NCBI GenBank assembly: GCA_965544035.1 | Contig: CBEULR010000006.1 | Location: forward strand, 60,440 to 124,439 | DNA: 64,000 bases | Source: an uncultured Peptococcaceae bacterium | GTDB lineage: Bacteria; Bacillota; Desulfotomaculia; Desulfotomaculales; Desulforudaceae | Direction of reading: 5' to 3' | In this document: in pieces, positions 31,702 through 40,718 of the stretch | Layout: every line of letters starts with the position of its first letter | How positions within the stretch are numbered: the first letter of the stretch is position 1 | Notes under the pieces: generated by a model | Databases searched by the model: none | What the model was told of the DNA's origin: nothing | What the model saw: only the letters and a program-made list of their open reading frames with translations | Translations under genes and position numbers: made by a program

Positions 31702-31782
31702 GGGTGCGGTAGCGAGGGAGATTGCTAGGCTCTATCCCCGATAGTTCACAGTAACTTCTCCTCTCACTGCCGCACCCTTTGT
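31702..31782. terminator. long imperfect hairpin between convergent genes
   Basis: GGGTGCGGTAGCGAGGGAG (31702-31720) pairs with CTCCTCTCACTGCCGCACCC (31757-31776), followed by TTTGTT on +. Confidence 0.45.
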
Positions 31783-31792
31783 TATGCGGCGT

Positions 31793-32152
31793 TTACCAAG
31801 GATGGGTCCCAATCACCACCGGCTTCTCAAACTTTGCCTCCAGTTTCTTTTTCAGTTCATCCAGGTTGATCGGGCAGGCGGCCGTTTGGGTCGCTTTGAC
31901 AATGCAGGTACCCAGATGCACCACGTCGATCTCCTGCTCATAAACTTTGGACAAATCCATAATCAAACCGAGCTTGGGCATCACCAATCCGGGGCAGTCA
32001 CCACAATCCCCCATCGCCACAACGTGAAGTTCTTCATCCTTGTAGCGGCTAAATTCCCCCACCCGCTGTTTCATCGCCTTGAAGCACTTCATACAGGACA
32101 CGCAGGTGATATCTTTAATCTTCTTGCAGGACAAAATCACAATCTGGGCCAT
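31793..32152 (-). CDS. CGGC domain-containing protein
   Basis: 119 aa. Cys pattern CKK..CVSCMKC..GDCGDCPG..GTC..ACP is typical of the CGGC family. Confidence 0.7.
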   Translation of the reverse strand: MAQIVILSCKKIKDITCVSCMKCFKAMKQRVGEFSRYKDEELHVVAMGDCGDCPGLVMPKLGLIMDLSKVYEQEIDVVHLGTCIVKATQTAACPINLDELKKKLEAKFEKPVVIGTHPW

Positions 32153-32247
32153 TCTGATACCTCCCTATAGACTTTAATTAATTAGTAGATTATAGCATAT
32201 GATCATAACTGGCGGCAACACCACCTCTATTTAATCATATACTCCCT

Positions 32248-33189
32248 CTACTCAACTTTGCAGTCGGCTTCCTTACACGAAGAAAGACCGATAAATACGG
32301 GATTGCGCATCACACCTTGCTCCGTCCACTCCAGAAACCGCACGCGCACCACGGGACGGATCGAAAGCCAACGTGTGTCTTCTTTTCGCGGTATCTGCCC
32401 GCTGTTTGCCAGTTCCGGCTCGGCCGCTGCAGAATACTCGGCCAGTTCGGTAAAAAGACCGAGTTCGGACGAGGTCAACCCGGAGGCCACCCGCCCCACA
32501 TAGGTCAGTTCGCCGCCGCCATAGGCCGAAACCAGCAGGGCATTGGCCCGCCCCTGCTTGAGTATTACTCCGGATACAATCACATCCAGCTCTTTGAAGT
32601 GCTTGATTTTGCGCCAGCTCGAATGCCTGCGTCCCTGATGATACCGGCCCTGCATCTCCTTGGCAACAATTCCTTCCAGTCCGAGCCGTTGAGTGGCGGT
32701 GAACAGCTCCGTTCCCGAGGAATGGCTGTCACACAGCTGAACCCATTTCGTCGGCTCGACCACCCGCCCCAACAGCGCCTGACGTTCGGCCAGAGGTGTG
32801 TCGAACAGCCACCGACCGTCCAAATGGAGCAGGTCAAATACCACATAATAAACCGGGATCGGCGGTTTTTCCCGGCCTCCGCCTCCCCGGAGATGTCGGC
32901 GCAACACACGCGGGAAACTCGGTCGGCCCCTCTCGTCCAGCGCGATCACCTCTCCGTCCAAAATGACGCTCTTGCCGTCTATCACGCATGAAGTCACCAG
33001 TTCGGGATAGGCGGCGGTACGATCCTGTCCACGACGCGTGCGCAGGATGACCCGCCCTTCTTCCATATACAAGAGAATCCGTATGCCGTCCCACTTCACC
33101 TGGTAAATCCAGGCCGGATCATCAAAGGGTTCCCTAACTAAGACGGGTTCCATGGGACGGATGATCGGCAGTTTCAAATTTGTTTGCAC
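32248..33189 (-). CDS. ATP-dependent DNA ligase (stand-alone LigD ligase domain)
   Basis: Adenylation motif I YQVKWDGIR, plus nucleotidyltransferase and OB domains; 313 aa. Confidence 0.85.
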   Translation of the reverse strand: MQTNLKLPIIRPMEPVLVREPFDDPAWIYQVKWDGIRILLYMEEGRVILRTRRGQDRTAAYPELVTSCVIDGKSVILDGEVIALDERGRPSFPRVLRRHLRGGGGREKPPIPVYYVVFDLLHLDGRWLFDTPLAERQALLGRVVEPTKWVQLCDSHSSGTELFTATQRLGLEGIVAKEMQGRYHQGRRHSSWRKIKHFKELDVIVSGVILKQGRANALLVSAYGGGELTYVGRVASGLTSSELGLFTELAEYSAAAEPELANSGQIPRKEDTRWLSIRPVVRVRFLEWTEQGVMRNPVFIGLSSCKEADCKVE

Positions 33190-33202
33190 CTCAATGAATG
33201 AT

Positions 33203-33296
33203 AGTAGTCAGGAGTCAAGAGTCAGTATTCAGGAGTAGGGAAGAAATTATTCGCGACCCCTGACGCCTGACTCCTGACTCCTGACTCCTGACTACT
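33203..33296. repeat. palindromic heptamer array (copy H3)
   Basis: AGT+AGTCAGG AGTCAAG AGTCAGT ATTCAGG AGTAGGG (33203-33240), 18-nt centre, then CCTGACG CCTGACT x4 + ACT (33259-33296). The outer 24 nt of the arms are 22/24 complementary. Confidence 0.7.
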
Positions 33297-33390
33297 GAAG
33301 TACTTTCCCGCCCCCGAACACTCTTTTCCGTGACCCCGGAGCCGTAAAGTGATATAATCAGTGAAGTGATTCCCCAGCCTGTACAAAGAG

Positions 33391-34398
33391 GTGAAGTATG
33401 TGGACGAAAAGATGAAGACGGAGTCGGGAAGCGCACCTGATAACGCCGAGCAGGACCAGGCCTCAGCACAGAACACCCTCCCCGACGCAGGGCCGGAATA
33501 CCCGAGGCGGGAGAGTGCCGGAATGAAGCTGCCTGCCGTGGCCGCACTCTGCGTGGTGCTGGTCCTGATTACCGCCCTGATCTCGGCCAGCATTTGGCGG
33601 GCAGACTCCGAATGGGTAGCCAAGGTCAATGGAGAAAAGATAACACGGGCCGAACTGTATGACGCGATGTACGCCAACATCGGGCCGGATTCGCTGCAGA
33701 ATCTGGTCACAGAAAAGCTGATTGCCCAGGAAGCCAAGGCGCAGAACGTATCGGTCAGCAAAGAAGAGCTTGGCGAGCGGATGAACGAGCTGATCACCCA
33801 GCAGTTCGGATCAGAGGAACAGTTTGACCAGCTTCTGGCTATGTACGGCATATCGCGTAGCGATTTCGAAGACCAGATGAAGACCCAAATCACCATCGAG
33901 AAAATCCTCGAACCAAGCATCACCCTTGGGGACGACGTTTTGGCGGAGTACTTTGAGAAGAACCGGGAAATGTTCTACACGCCCCGTTCTGCCGAAGTAC
34001 GGCACGTTCTTTCTGAGACGCGCGCCGAAGCCGAAGAAGTGCGGGCTGCCCTTGCCGGCGGAGCCGATTTCGGCGAGATCGCCAAAGAACGCTCCACCGA
34101 CCAATCGACGGCCTCCCGGGGAGGCGAGCTGGGGTCGATCAGTTACAGCGACAGTCTGCCCTCCTGGCTGAAGTCGGCTTTCGACCTGGAACCCGGCGAA
34201 TTGAGTGAAGTGGTTGAAAGCGAAGACGGCTTTCACGTGATCGAGGTCACCGAACTCACCCCGGCATCCGAACCGGAGTTCGAAGAGGTCAAAGAGGAAG
34301 TGCGCCGGAAGGTACTTGAGGAAAAGATGATGACCCTGTATCCGGAGTGGCTGAACAACCTGCTCGAGAATGCCGATATCGAATACCGGGATCAGTAA
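33391..34398 (+). CDS. peptidylprolyl isomerase (PrsA/SurA-like, parvulin domain)
   Basis: N-terminal TM anchor, SurA-like chaperone region and a parvulin core (RGGELG..GFHVIEV). The start (GTG 33391 or ATG 33412) is uncertain. Confidence 0.8.
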   Translation: MKYVDEKMKTESGSAPDNAEQDQASAQNTLPDAGPEYPRRESAGMKLPAVAALCVVLVLITALISASIWRADSEWVAKVNGEKITRAELYDAMYANIGPDSLQNLVTEKLIAQEAKAQNVSVSKEELGERMNELITQQFGSEEQFDQLLAMYGISRSDFEDQMKTQITIEKILEPSITLGDDVLAEYFEKNREMFYTPRSAEVRHVLSETRAEAEEVRAALAGGADFGEIAKERSTDQSTASRGGELGSISYSDSLPSWLKSAFDLEPGELSEVVESEDGFHVIEVTELTPASEPEFEEVKEEVRRKVLEEKMMTLYPEWLNNLLENADIEYRDQ

Positions 34399-34426
34399 AA
34401 TCAAATACTGTTTTCGATGCACGCGC

Positions 34427-34460
34427 GAAGCGGGAAGTCCTGGGACTTCCCGCTTTTTTC
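34427..34460 (+). terminator. intrinsic terminator after the PPIase gene
   Basis: GAAGCGGGAAGTCC-TG-GGACTTCCCGCTT followed by TTTTT. Confidence 0.8.
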
Positions 34461-34504
34461 GTGTGTATCATTTCCGGCTGATTGGATAATTGCCTTGAGT
34501 TCCT

Positions 34505-34900
34505 GTGTTAACCGGGTTTATATCCGGCCCGTGTGTGTCCGGACTCGGGCGTTTCAAAGGGTTTTGTCTTGTTTGGTGGGATAGCTGTGCTCAGGGATTA
34601 CCGGAACAAACAGTTGGGAGTATAGATCAAAAATGCGCAGCGAGCCGAGGATCAGCGCCGACCGCACTGTCTGACCCGGCACTCAATCTGTATGCAAAAC
34701 TATGGCTCTACATCGAAAAATGAGTAATACAGATTGAGTGCCGGGGAGTTCGGCGGCGCCCTCGGCGAGCGAGCAGATTCCGGCGCCACGGACATGTTTG
34801 TGTAGGTAATCCCTGAGTGCAGCGGTGGTATAATTGCCTCTTCACCAAGAATGGTATCCGAAATCGCACGAGTCGCCCGGAGGTAAACCCGGATGACACA
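34505..34900. mobile_element. foldback MITE-like element, copy D
   Basis: The right terminus 34859-34900 matches the copy-A terminus (38/39 nt). The left terminus GTGTTAACCGGGTTTATATCCGG is degenerate. Nested inverted repeats: an 18-bp perfect one at 34676-34693 / 34727-34744, and CTCAGGGATTACC / GGTAATCCCTGAG at 34590-34602 / 34805-34817. Confidence 0.6.
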
Positions 34901-34921
34901 TCTCATTATGTTCATCTGATG

Positions 34922-34942
34922 GTGTCAGCCGGTATACCTCCG
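34922..34942. repeat. additional degenerate copy of the foldback-element terminus
   Basis: GTGTCAGCCGGTATACCTCCG versus consensus GTGTCATCCGGGTTTACCTCCG. It abuts the ku stop codon. Confidence 0.4.
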
Positions 34943-34944
34943 TT

Positions 34945-35787
34945 TCAGCCGGCACCGGCCTTTTTCTTTTTGGCACCTCCGCCTTTACGCCCGGTCTGAA
35001 CACGCTCCTTCTTCGCCTGTTCGATGCTCGACTTCAATGCCTCCATCAGATCCACCACCTTCACCGGTTCGGCTTCGGGCGGGCGCACGGCGGCGTCCCC
35101 GGCCACCTTGGCGCGGATAACCTCGTTCAGAGCCTCACGCCGCTTGTCGGTGTACTTCGCCGGATCAAAAGGCGCCGCCAGGTTTTCCACCAGACTCAAC
35201 GCCATTTTCCGTTCATTGTCGTGGATGCTCACCTGGTAGTCGAGTTCGGGCAGCAGTTCAGGACGGCGGACCTCATCCGGGTAGAGCATCGTGTCCATCA
35301 CCAGTACCCGTTCGCTCACCCGCACACAGGCCAGCGTCTCCTTGCTTCTGATTGCCACCCGGGCTATACCCACTTTACCGCTCTCGCGCATCGCCTGACG
35401 CAGGAGTTCGTATACCTTCTGGCCCCCTTCCGCCGGTGCCAAATAGTAGGTCTTATCGAAGTACACCGGGTCGATCTCTCCCAGATCAACAAAGTCCAAA
35501 AGGGCAATGTTGCGACCTCCCTCCGTCGGAAGCGCGGCCAGATCCTCTTCGGTGAGAACTACGTAGCGTCCCTTCTCATATTCATAGCCCCGGACGATAT
35601 CGTCATGCGCCACCTCCGCTTCACAGTGCGGGCAATACTTCCGGTACTGGATGGGTGTGTGACACTCCTTGTGCAGCATGTTGAACCTGATGTCTTTTCG
35701 TTCGGTCGCCGTGTACAGCTTCACCGGAATGTAAACCAAGCCGAAAGTCATGGCACCTTTCCAAAGCGGCCTCAATTGCAGCACCAC
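34945..35787 (-). CDS. ku: NHEJ DNA end-binding protein Ku
   Basis: LWKGAMTFGLVYIPVKLYTATE Ku core and a Lys-rich C-terminal tail. Confidence 0.9.
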   Translation of the reverse strand: MVLQLRPLWKGAMTFGLVYIPVKLYTATERKDIRFNMLHKECHTPIQYRKYCPHCEAEVAHDDIVRGYEYEKGRYVVLTEEDLAALPTEGGRNIALLDFVDLGEIDPVYFDKTYYLAPAEGGQKVYELLRQAMRESGKVGIARVAIRSKETLACVRVSERVLVMDTMLYPDEVRRPELLPELDYQVSIHDNERKMALSLVENLAAPFDPAKYTDKRREALNEVIRAKVAGDAAVRPPEAEPVKVVDLMEALKSSIEQAKKERVQTGRKGGGAKKKKAGAG

Positions 35788-35841
35788 CTTTTCGTTTGGC
35801 CATTAGTGTATACGGCGGCGCCCCTTTTTAGCCCGGCCGCC

Positions 35842-37107
35842 TCACAGATACCGGCGTGCCACGCGCTTTTCTTCCCCCCGATAGGAAAACAGCACCCGCT
35901 TCTCATCCAACACCGTTTCCAGATGAACCGGACGGCCCCATAAGGAGAATACGTACGGCAGCGTACGTTCCAGGTACGGCACATCCAGCTCTACGCCCTC
36001 GTAGAGGTGCCGCAGGTACAGTTCACCGCGCCCCTGGAAATCACCGCTGACGACGACGATATACGGGTGCCCACAGTTGACCAGACTCTCCACTATCGTG
36101 TCACGCACCCGCCGCCAGTCCCTGTCAACCACCCGCCACTCGTAGCCCACCCGGCGATACAGATACAGATCCAGCTCATCCACCAGTTCGGCGGTCAAGT
36201 AGTTTCGAATGAGTGATATGTCATTCTCGTGAGTTCTCACCGACCACAATTCGTCTACACCGTACCGCCGCTCAATGTCCTCCAGTATTTTCAGACCAAG
36301 CAGGTAGGGATTTATCTTGAAACGAGACGGCACGGTCAGCTCCGCCTGCATCGCCGCCGCCTCCAGGGTCTGCGCCTCATCCAGATCCATTTCCCGGATC
36401 AGGCGCAGGTGCCAGTATGTCGCCCAGCCCTCGTTCAGGATTTTGGTCTCCATCTGCGGCCAAAAGTACAGCGTTTCCTCACGGATGATCGACAGGATGT
36501 CACGCTGCCAGTCTTCAAGGTGACAGCTGTGCTTCATCAGGTAGAGGAGTATATCCTTCTCGGCCTCTTGCGGGCTGTCATCCCGTTCTCCCCCTCGATG
36601 TCCGGCAATAAACCTGTTGGGATCGACGTGTTCCTGGATGGACAACACGGCATCAATGAATTTTTCCACCCGTCCGCGCCCGTATACCGCCTCATACGAA
36701 CGAATCCGCTCGGCCGAGCAGGCCATTGTGTCGAGCATCCTTCTCGAAGTCGGGCTAAAGTAGATGTTATTCTTGAAAAAATCACTGTGCGCCAGCGTGT
36801 GTCCGATAATCAGCCGGTTTTGGATCAGCGAATTTCCTTCCAGCAGAAACGCGTAGCAGGGGTCGGTATTGATCACCATTTCGTATATCCGGCTCAGGTT
36901 AAGATCATACTCGGTCTTGATCCGCTGAAACCCTTTCCCGAAACTCCAGTGGGCGAAGCGCGTCGGCATCCCGTAGGCCCCGACACTGTAAATCACCTCG
37001 GCCGGACAGATCTCGAAGCGCATATCAAAGAAATCAAGACCTGCAGCCAGCGCCTTCTCCATAGTCTCTTCGATCACTTCCTCCAATTGTGCTTTTTCAT
37101 CCCCCAA
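35842..37107 (-). CDS. spoVR: stage V sporulation protein R (SpoVR/YcgB family)
   Basis: 421 aa. Family-typical blocks (FDMRFEI, YEMVINT, NEGWATYWH). Confidence 0.85.
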   Translation of the reverse strand: MGDEKAQLEEVIEETMEKALAAGLDFFDMRFEICPAEVIYSVGAYGMPTRFAHWSFGKGFQRIKTEYDLNLSRIYEMVINTDPCYAFLLEGNSLIQNRLIIGHTLAHSDFFKNNIYFSPTSRRMLDTMACSAERIRSYEAVYGRGRVEKFIDAVLSIQEHVDPNRFIAGHRGGERDDSPQEAEKDILLYLMKHSCHLEDWQRDILSIIREETLYFWPQMETKILNEGWATYWHLRLIREMDLDEAQTLEAAAMQAELTVPSRFKINPYLLGLKILEDIERRYGVDELWSVRTHENDISLIRNYLTAELVDELDLYLYRRVGYEWRVVDRDWRRVRDTIVESLVNCGHPYIVVVSGDFQGRGELYLRHLYEGVELDVPYLERTLPYVFSLWGRPVHLETVLDEKRVLFSYRGEEKRVARRYL

Positions 37108-37210
37108 TCCGTATCCCCCCTCCGACAGGACGATTCCCTAATCCTTATGCCCGGCAATCACAGCGCAACACCACGTCCTGCAAAGAAAAGGGAGCAGGGA
37201 TTCATCCCTT

Positions 37211-37244
37211 CAAATGCAGAAAGGCCGCGCTTTCCGCACGGCCC
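37211..37244 (-). terminator. candidate terminator after the CheW-like gene
   Basis: Minus strand: GGCCGTGCG-GAAAG-CGCGGCC followed by TTTCTGCATTTG. Confidence 0.4.
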
Positions 37245-37268
37245 CAAAGTTGCTGCGACACTTCTCTG

Positions 37269-37640
37269 CTACCCCACACCCCAAGTTGGCTCCTGAAGTT
37301 TACCGTTAATCACCCGGTCGACCAAGAGGCCGATCAGACCGGTGTTCCGCTTAAGCAAGATGATCCTGGTATCAAAACTGTGCGCGGCCCGTTCAACACC
37401 GGCGTGCCGGCGGACATCGACCACCTTTACCCGGTGTCCGCGGTAGACGATCATCCCGTCCGCTTCGCCTGCCGCACCGGCCTGCTCCCCGCAATACTCC
37501 CAAAAACGCAGAATCCTGAATACGCTTGACTGGGGAAGCTGGTACTTCTCGTCACCAACCTCAAACACTACGGCGTTCAGCATAAGACTATTAGCACATC
37601 CTTTCGAGGTATGAACAAGCTCCTTTGTTTCGTTAATCAT
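37269..37640 (-). CDS. CheW-like domain protein
   Basis: Single CheW-like fold (VVFEVGDEKYQLP..., GLIGLLVDRVIN). The start (ATG 37640 or a downstream ATG) is uncertain. Confidence 0.6.
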   Translation of the reverse strand: MINETKELVHTSKGCANSLMLNAVVFEVGDEKYQLPQSSVFRILRFWEYCGEQAGAAGEADGMIVYRGHRVKVVDVRRHAGVERAAHSFDTRIILLKRNTGLIGLLVDRVINGKLQEPTWGVG

Positions 37641-37786
37641 AGCCCCCAATCCGGGTTCCCACAAGGGGATAAGAAGCTCGAATTCTGTTGAAATAGTGGA
37701 GCAGCTGATCTCGGAGTCTCCATAGATTCAGATCCTGAAAGGCCTCCACCGGGAATGGAAAGGACTTGGGCAGTTAGATGTAGAAG

Positions 37787-39064
37787 TTGTTAGTTTTACG
37801 AGTAACGGAGGCGCCATCAGACGTGAGATCACTCCCGTCACCGTCTTTATTGCTGGCAGCGGTACTTTTCCTGTCTCTGCTCCCGGGTTTCAGTTTATCG
37901 GCTGTTCTCCCCCTGATTGAACAGGACTGGGGAATGCGTCCTTCGCATTCAGGCATCGTGATGGCCGCCTTTCAGGCCGGCTACATCCTCTCGGCCGTCA
38001 TCGCCCTGCCCCTGACCGATCGCATAGATGCGCGCCGGATCGTGCTCTGCGGAGCGGTGATCACCACCGTCAGTCATCTGCTATTCGCACTGGCCAGTCA
38101 AGACCCGGTCAGCGGGACCGTTCTCCGGGCACTCGCCGGTGCCGGCCTGGGCTGCATCTATATGCCCGGACTGCGTGTGGTGTCCCTAACCGACCAACTC
38201 CGCGGGCGCGCGGTGGGTTCCTATGTTTCAGCATATCTGTTCGGCACGGCCGCCTCATTTCTGGCCACCGGTTCCCTTGTGTTGTTGTTCAACTGGCAGC
38301 AGACCTACCTGCTGATTTCAATCGTTTGCGGTCTCTCCATCCCTGTTGCCGTGTACTTGGTCCTGCGTCCCGTAACGACCGCCGTGATTCCCGCAAAGTC
38401 AAGGAAAGAAAAAACTGAGCACAAACCCGCGCTGCATTGGCGGGCGGCCCTGCGCCTGAACCTGCCGGTGTTCCTGATGATTGGCGCATACGTGGCCCAT
38501 ATGTGGGAGTTGTACGGTCTCAGGGCCTGGATGTCGCCCTACCTGGCCCATGTCCTGAGTTCGGGATCAGAAACGGCGACCTCCCTCGCAGCCACCATCA
38601 CCTCGGTCTCCATTCTGTTAAGCGCCGCCGCCGCACCTCTCTTTGGCTGGTGCTCCGACCGCTTTGGCCGCATTCTCACGGCATCTGCGATCATGCTCGC
38701 CAGCGCCGCGTGTTCCTTCAGCTTCGGCTGGCTGTTCGGCGCTCCCGTCTGGGTGTTGATCGTCATCGGGGCGATATACAGCATCGCCGTTGTTGTCGAC
38801 TCGCCGATCTTCTCCACCGGCGTGACCGAACTGGCCGATCGTGAGCGTCTGGGCCGGATGATGGCCTTGCAGACCTTTCTGGGTTATTCGGCAGCCAGCC
38901 TTTCATCCATTGTCTTCGGTCTGATCCTGGAATACGCCGACCCGGCCTTATCTTGGGGTCTGGCCTTTTCGTCGCTGGGGCTCATCGCCCTCATCGGCCC
39001 GCTGATGCTGCTGGTGCTCTCCCGCCTGCCTGAAAAAGAACGCCTCTGCGGCGGGAAGGGCTGA
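37787..39064 (+). CDS. MFS transporter
   Basis: About 12 TM segments and a loop 2-3 motif PLTDRIDARR. The start is uncertain (TTG 37787 or GTG 37823). Confidence 0.8.
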   Translation: MLVLRVTEAPSDVRSLPSPSLLLAAVLFLSLLPGFSLSAVLPLIEQDWGMRPSHSGIVMAAFQAGYILSAVIALPLTDRIDARRIVLCGAVITTVSHLLFALASQDPVSGTVLRALAGAGLGCIYMPGLRVVSLTDQLRGRAVGSYVSAYLFGTAASFLATGSLVLLFNWQQTYLLISIVCGLSIPVAVYLVLRPVTTAVIPAKSRKEKTEHKPALHWRAALRLNLPVFLMIGAYVAHMWELYGLRAWMSPYLAHVLSSGSETATSLAATITSVSILLSAAAAPLFGWCSDRFGRILTASAIMLASAACSFSFGWLFGAPVWVLIVIGAIYSIAVVVDSPIFSTGVTELADRERLGRMMALQTFLGYSAASLSSIVFGLILEYADPALSWGLAFSSLGLIALIGPLMLLVLSRLPEKERLCGGKG

Positions 39065-39082
39065 TCAAGCCCGATCGGATCC

Positions 39083-39120
39083 GAAAAAAAAGAGGACACC
39101 CGTGTTTCCACAGGTGTCCC
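39083..39120 (-). terminator. intrinsic terminator after pckA
   Basis: Minus strand: GGACACC..GGTGTCC stem (39119-39094) followed by TCTTTTTTTT. Confidence 0.7.
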
Positions 39121-39146
39121 CTCAGATACTCCACTGGTGTCCTCGT

Positions 39147-40718
39147 CTAGACCCTTCCGCTAACCGCAATCTTCTTAAGTTTTACAGGCGCTTCGATTGC
39201 CTCACGAATCTCGGGCGCCAGCTCCGGATACTTGGCCAGCCACGCCCTACGCTCCTCGCGGAGTTTAGAGTTGCGTGCCTGATACTCCTCATCCGAGTAG
39301 TACTGCCGCGGGTCGAGCGGTCTATAGTCAATACCCGGGACCTCGGTTGGCACCAGATAGCCCCAGTCCGGATCATCCTTCCACTTGATCGTCCCGCGGG
39401 CAATCTCTCTCATGATAGTCGTCGAATCCTTGATCGAGATCTTGACCCCGGCAAACCTGTCACTCTTACCCACACTGCCGGTGTTGAGCAGATAGCACTC
39501 CATATTCGGGTTCCGCCGAAGGATTTCCAGGAAGCGGTTGCCCTCCTGTGATTCAGGGCCGACGATGAACGGATTGGTTCCCACCTGACGCTTGGGCTGA
39601 CCGGCCTTGGTCGGGTCTCCGGCCGAGGTCTCGATCGATTCACCCAGCATGAAGAAGGCCGCCGCCTGTTCGGGATTCAGCTTGGCTACGGCGGGCACCA
39701 CATCGTCCCGCCGGGTGATAAAGATCACTTTGTCCGCACAGTCAAGATCAATCCGGTCATCCGTACCCTTGACCTCCGCGCGCTGCACCACCCCGCGTCC
39801 GTTAGAGGTCAATTCCGTGTTGTCGAACAGGACGGTGCCGTCTTCCCGCACCATGATGTTCTCAAAAATGGCACTGGGCAGGGTTGCCGCGTTGTACAGC
39901 ACGGCCTGCGATTCATCGAGGCCGTCCGTCTTAATGTAGAAGCCCTTCTCGGTTCCGAAGCAGGAACCGTCCGGATTGAGCATAACCACGTCGTCCTGGC
40001 GTATGGCCACTCCCTCATCTCCGGTCAGGCCGTGATCATGCATCGTCAGTGTCGTCTTTCCGGTGCCGCTTAGGCCGAAGAGAATGAATCCAACCTCACG
40101 CAGCCGGCCTTCCGCGTCCTTCACCCGAATCACCTTGCTGCCGGCATGCAGACCGATTCCGCCCCTCTTCTTCTGCAGATACATGGCCTTGCGCAAAAAT
40201 GACTTCTTGCATTCACCGAAGTAATCGGTACCGAGAACATACGTCACGCCGGCCTCGGCATGGCAGAAGATAATCCTCTCGGGCCACTCGGGAACAAAGA
40301 TCGTCATCAGATCGGGCTCATCGTCCCGGTTCACCGGTTCGAACAACATAGACTCCCACTGATACGGTATCCGGGCAAACTCTTTCGAAATATAGACGCG
40401 GCAGTGGAGACTAAACTCCCCGTTGAGACCCATCCGCCGGTCCAGCCTGATCAGCTCCCGGTCCCGCAGATAGCGGTGAACTTCATCCGCAATCGCGTTC
40501 GCCTTCTCAAGCGGTATCCCGGCCTGATCTACGCCCAGTTCCACGCCGTCCTCAACTATATAGGTAAATTTCGCGCTGCGGCTCCGCACCCGGGTGACGT
40601 AGCTCGCGCTGCCGTATTCGGTTGTCCGCTCCTCCTGTCGGGCCAGTGCTCTCATTTCCTCGGAAGATGGATTGTTTAGGATCACCCGTGCTTCGACGGG
40701 GCGACGGAAGGGATGCAT
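39147..40718 (-). CDS. pckA: phosphoenolpyruvate carboxykinase (ATP)
   Basis: Kinase-1a motif FGLSGTGKTTL; 523 aa, full-length PckA. Confidence 0.9.
   Translation of the reverse strand: MHPFRRPVEARVILNNPSSEEMRALARQEERTTEYGSASYVTRVRSRSAKFTYIVEDGVELGVDQAGIPLEKANAIADEVHRYLRDRELIRLDRRMGLNGEFSLHCRVYISKEFARIPYQWESMLFEPVNRDDEPDLMTIFVPEWPERIIFCHAEAGVTYVLGTDYFGECKKSFLRKAMYLQKKRGGIGLHAGSKVIRVKDAEGRLREVGFILFGLSGTGKTTLTMHDHGLTGDEGVAIRQDDVVMLNPDGSCFGTEKGFYIKTDGLDESQAVLYNAATLPSAIFENIMVREDGTVLFDNTELTSNGRGVVQRAEVKGTDDRIDLDCADKVIFITRRDDVVPAVAKLNPEQAAAFFMLGESIETSAGDPTKAGQPKRQVGTNPFIVGPESQEGNRFLEILRRNPNMECYLLNTGSVGKSDRFAGVKISIKDSTTIMREIARGTIKWKDDPDWGYLVPTEVPGIDYRPLDPRQYYSDEEYQARNSKLREERRAWLAKYPELAPEIREAIEAPVKLKKIAVSGRV

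Noticed and set aside
33203-33296. Tandem CCTGACT repeats as a CRISPR array
   Set aside because: The units are 7 nt with no spacers and are arranged as a palindrome. There are no cas genes in the window.
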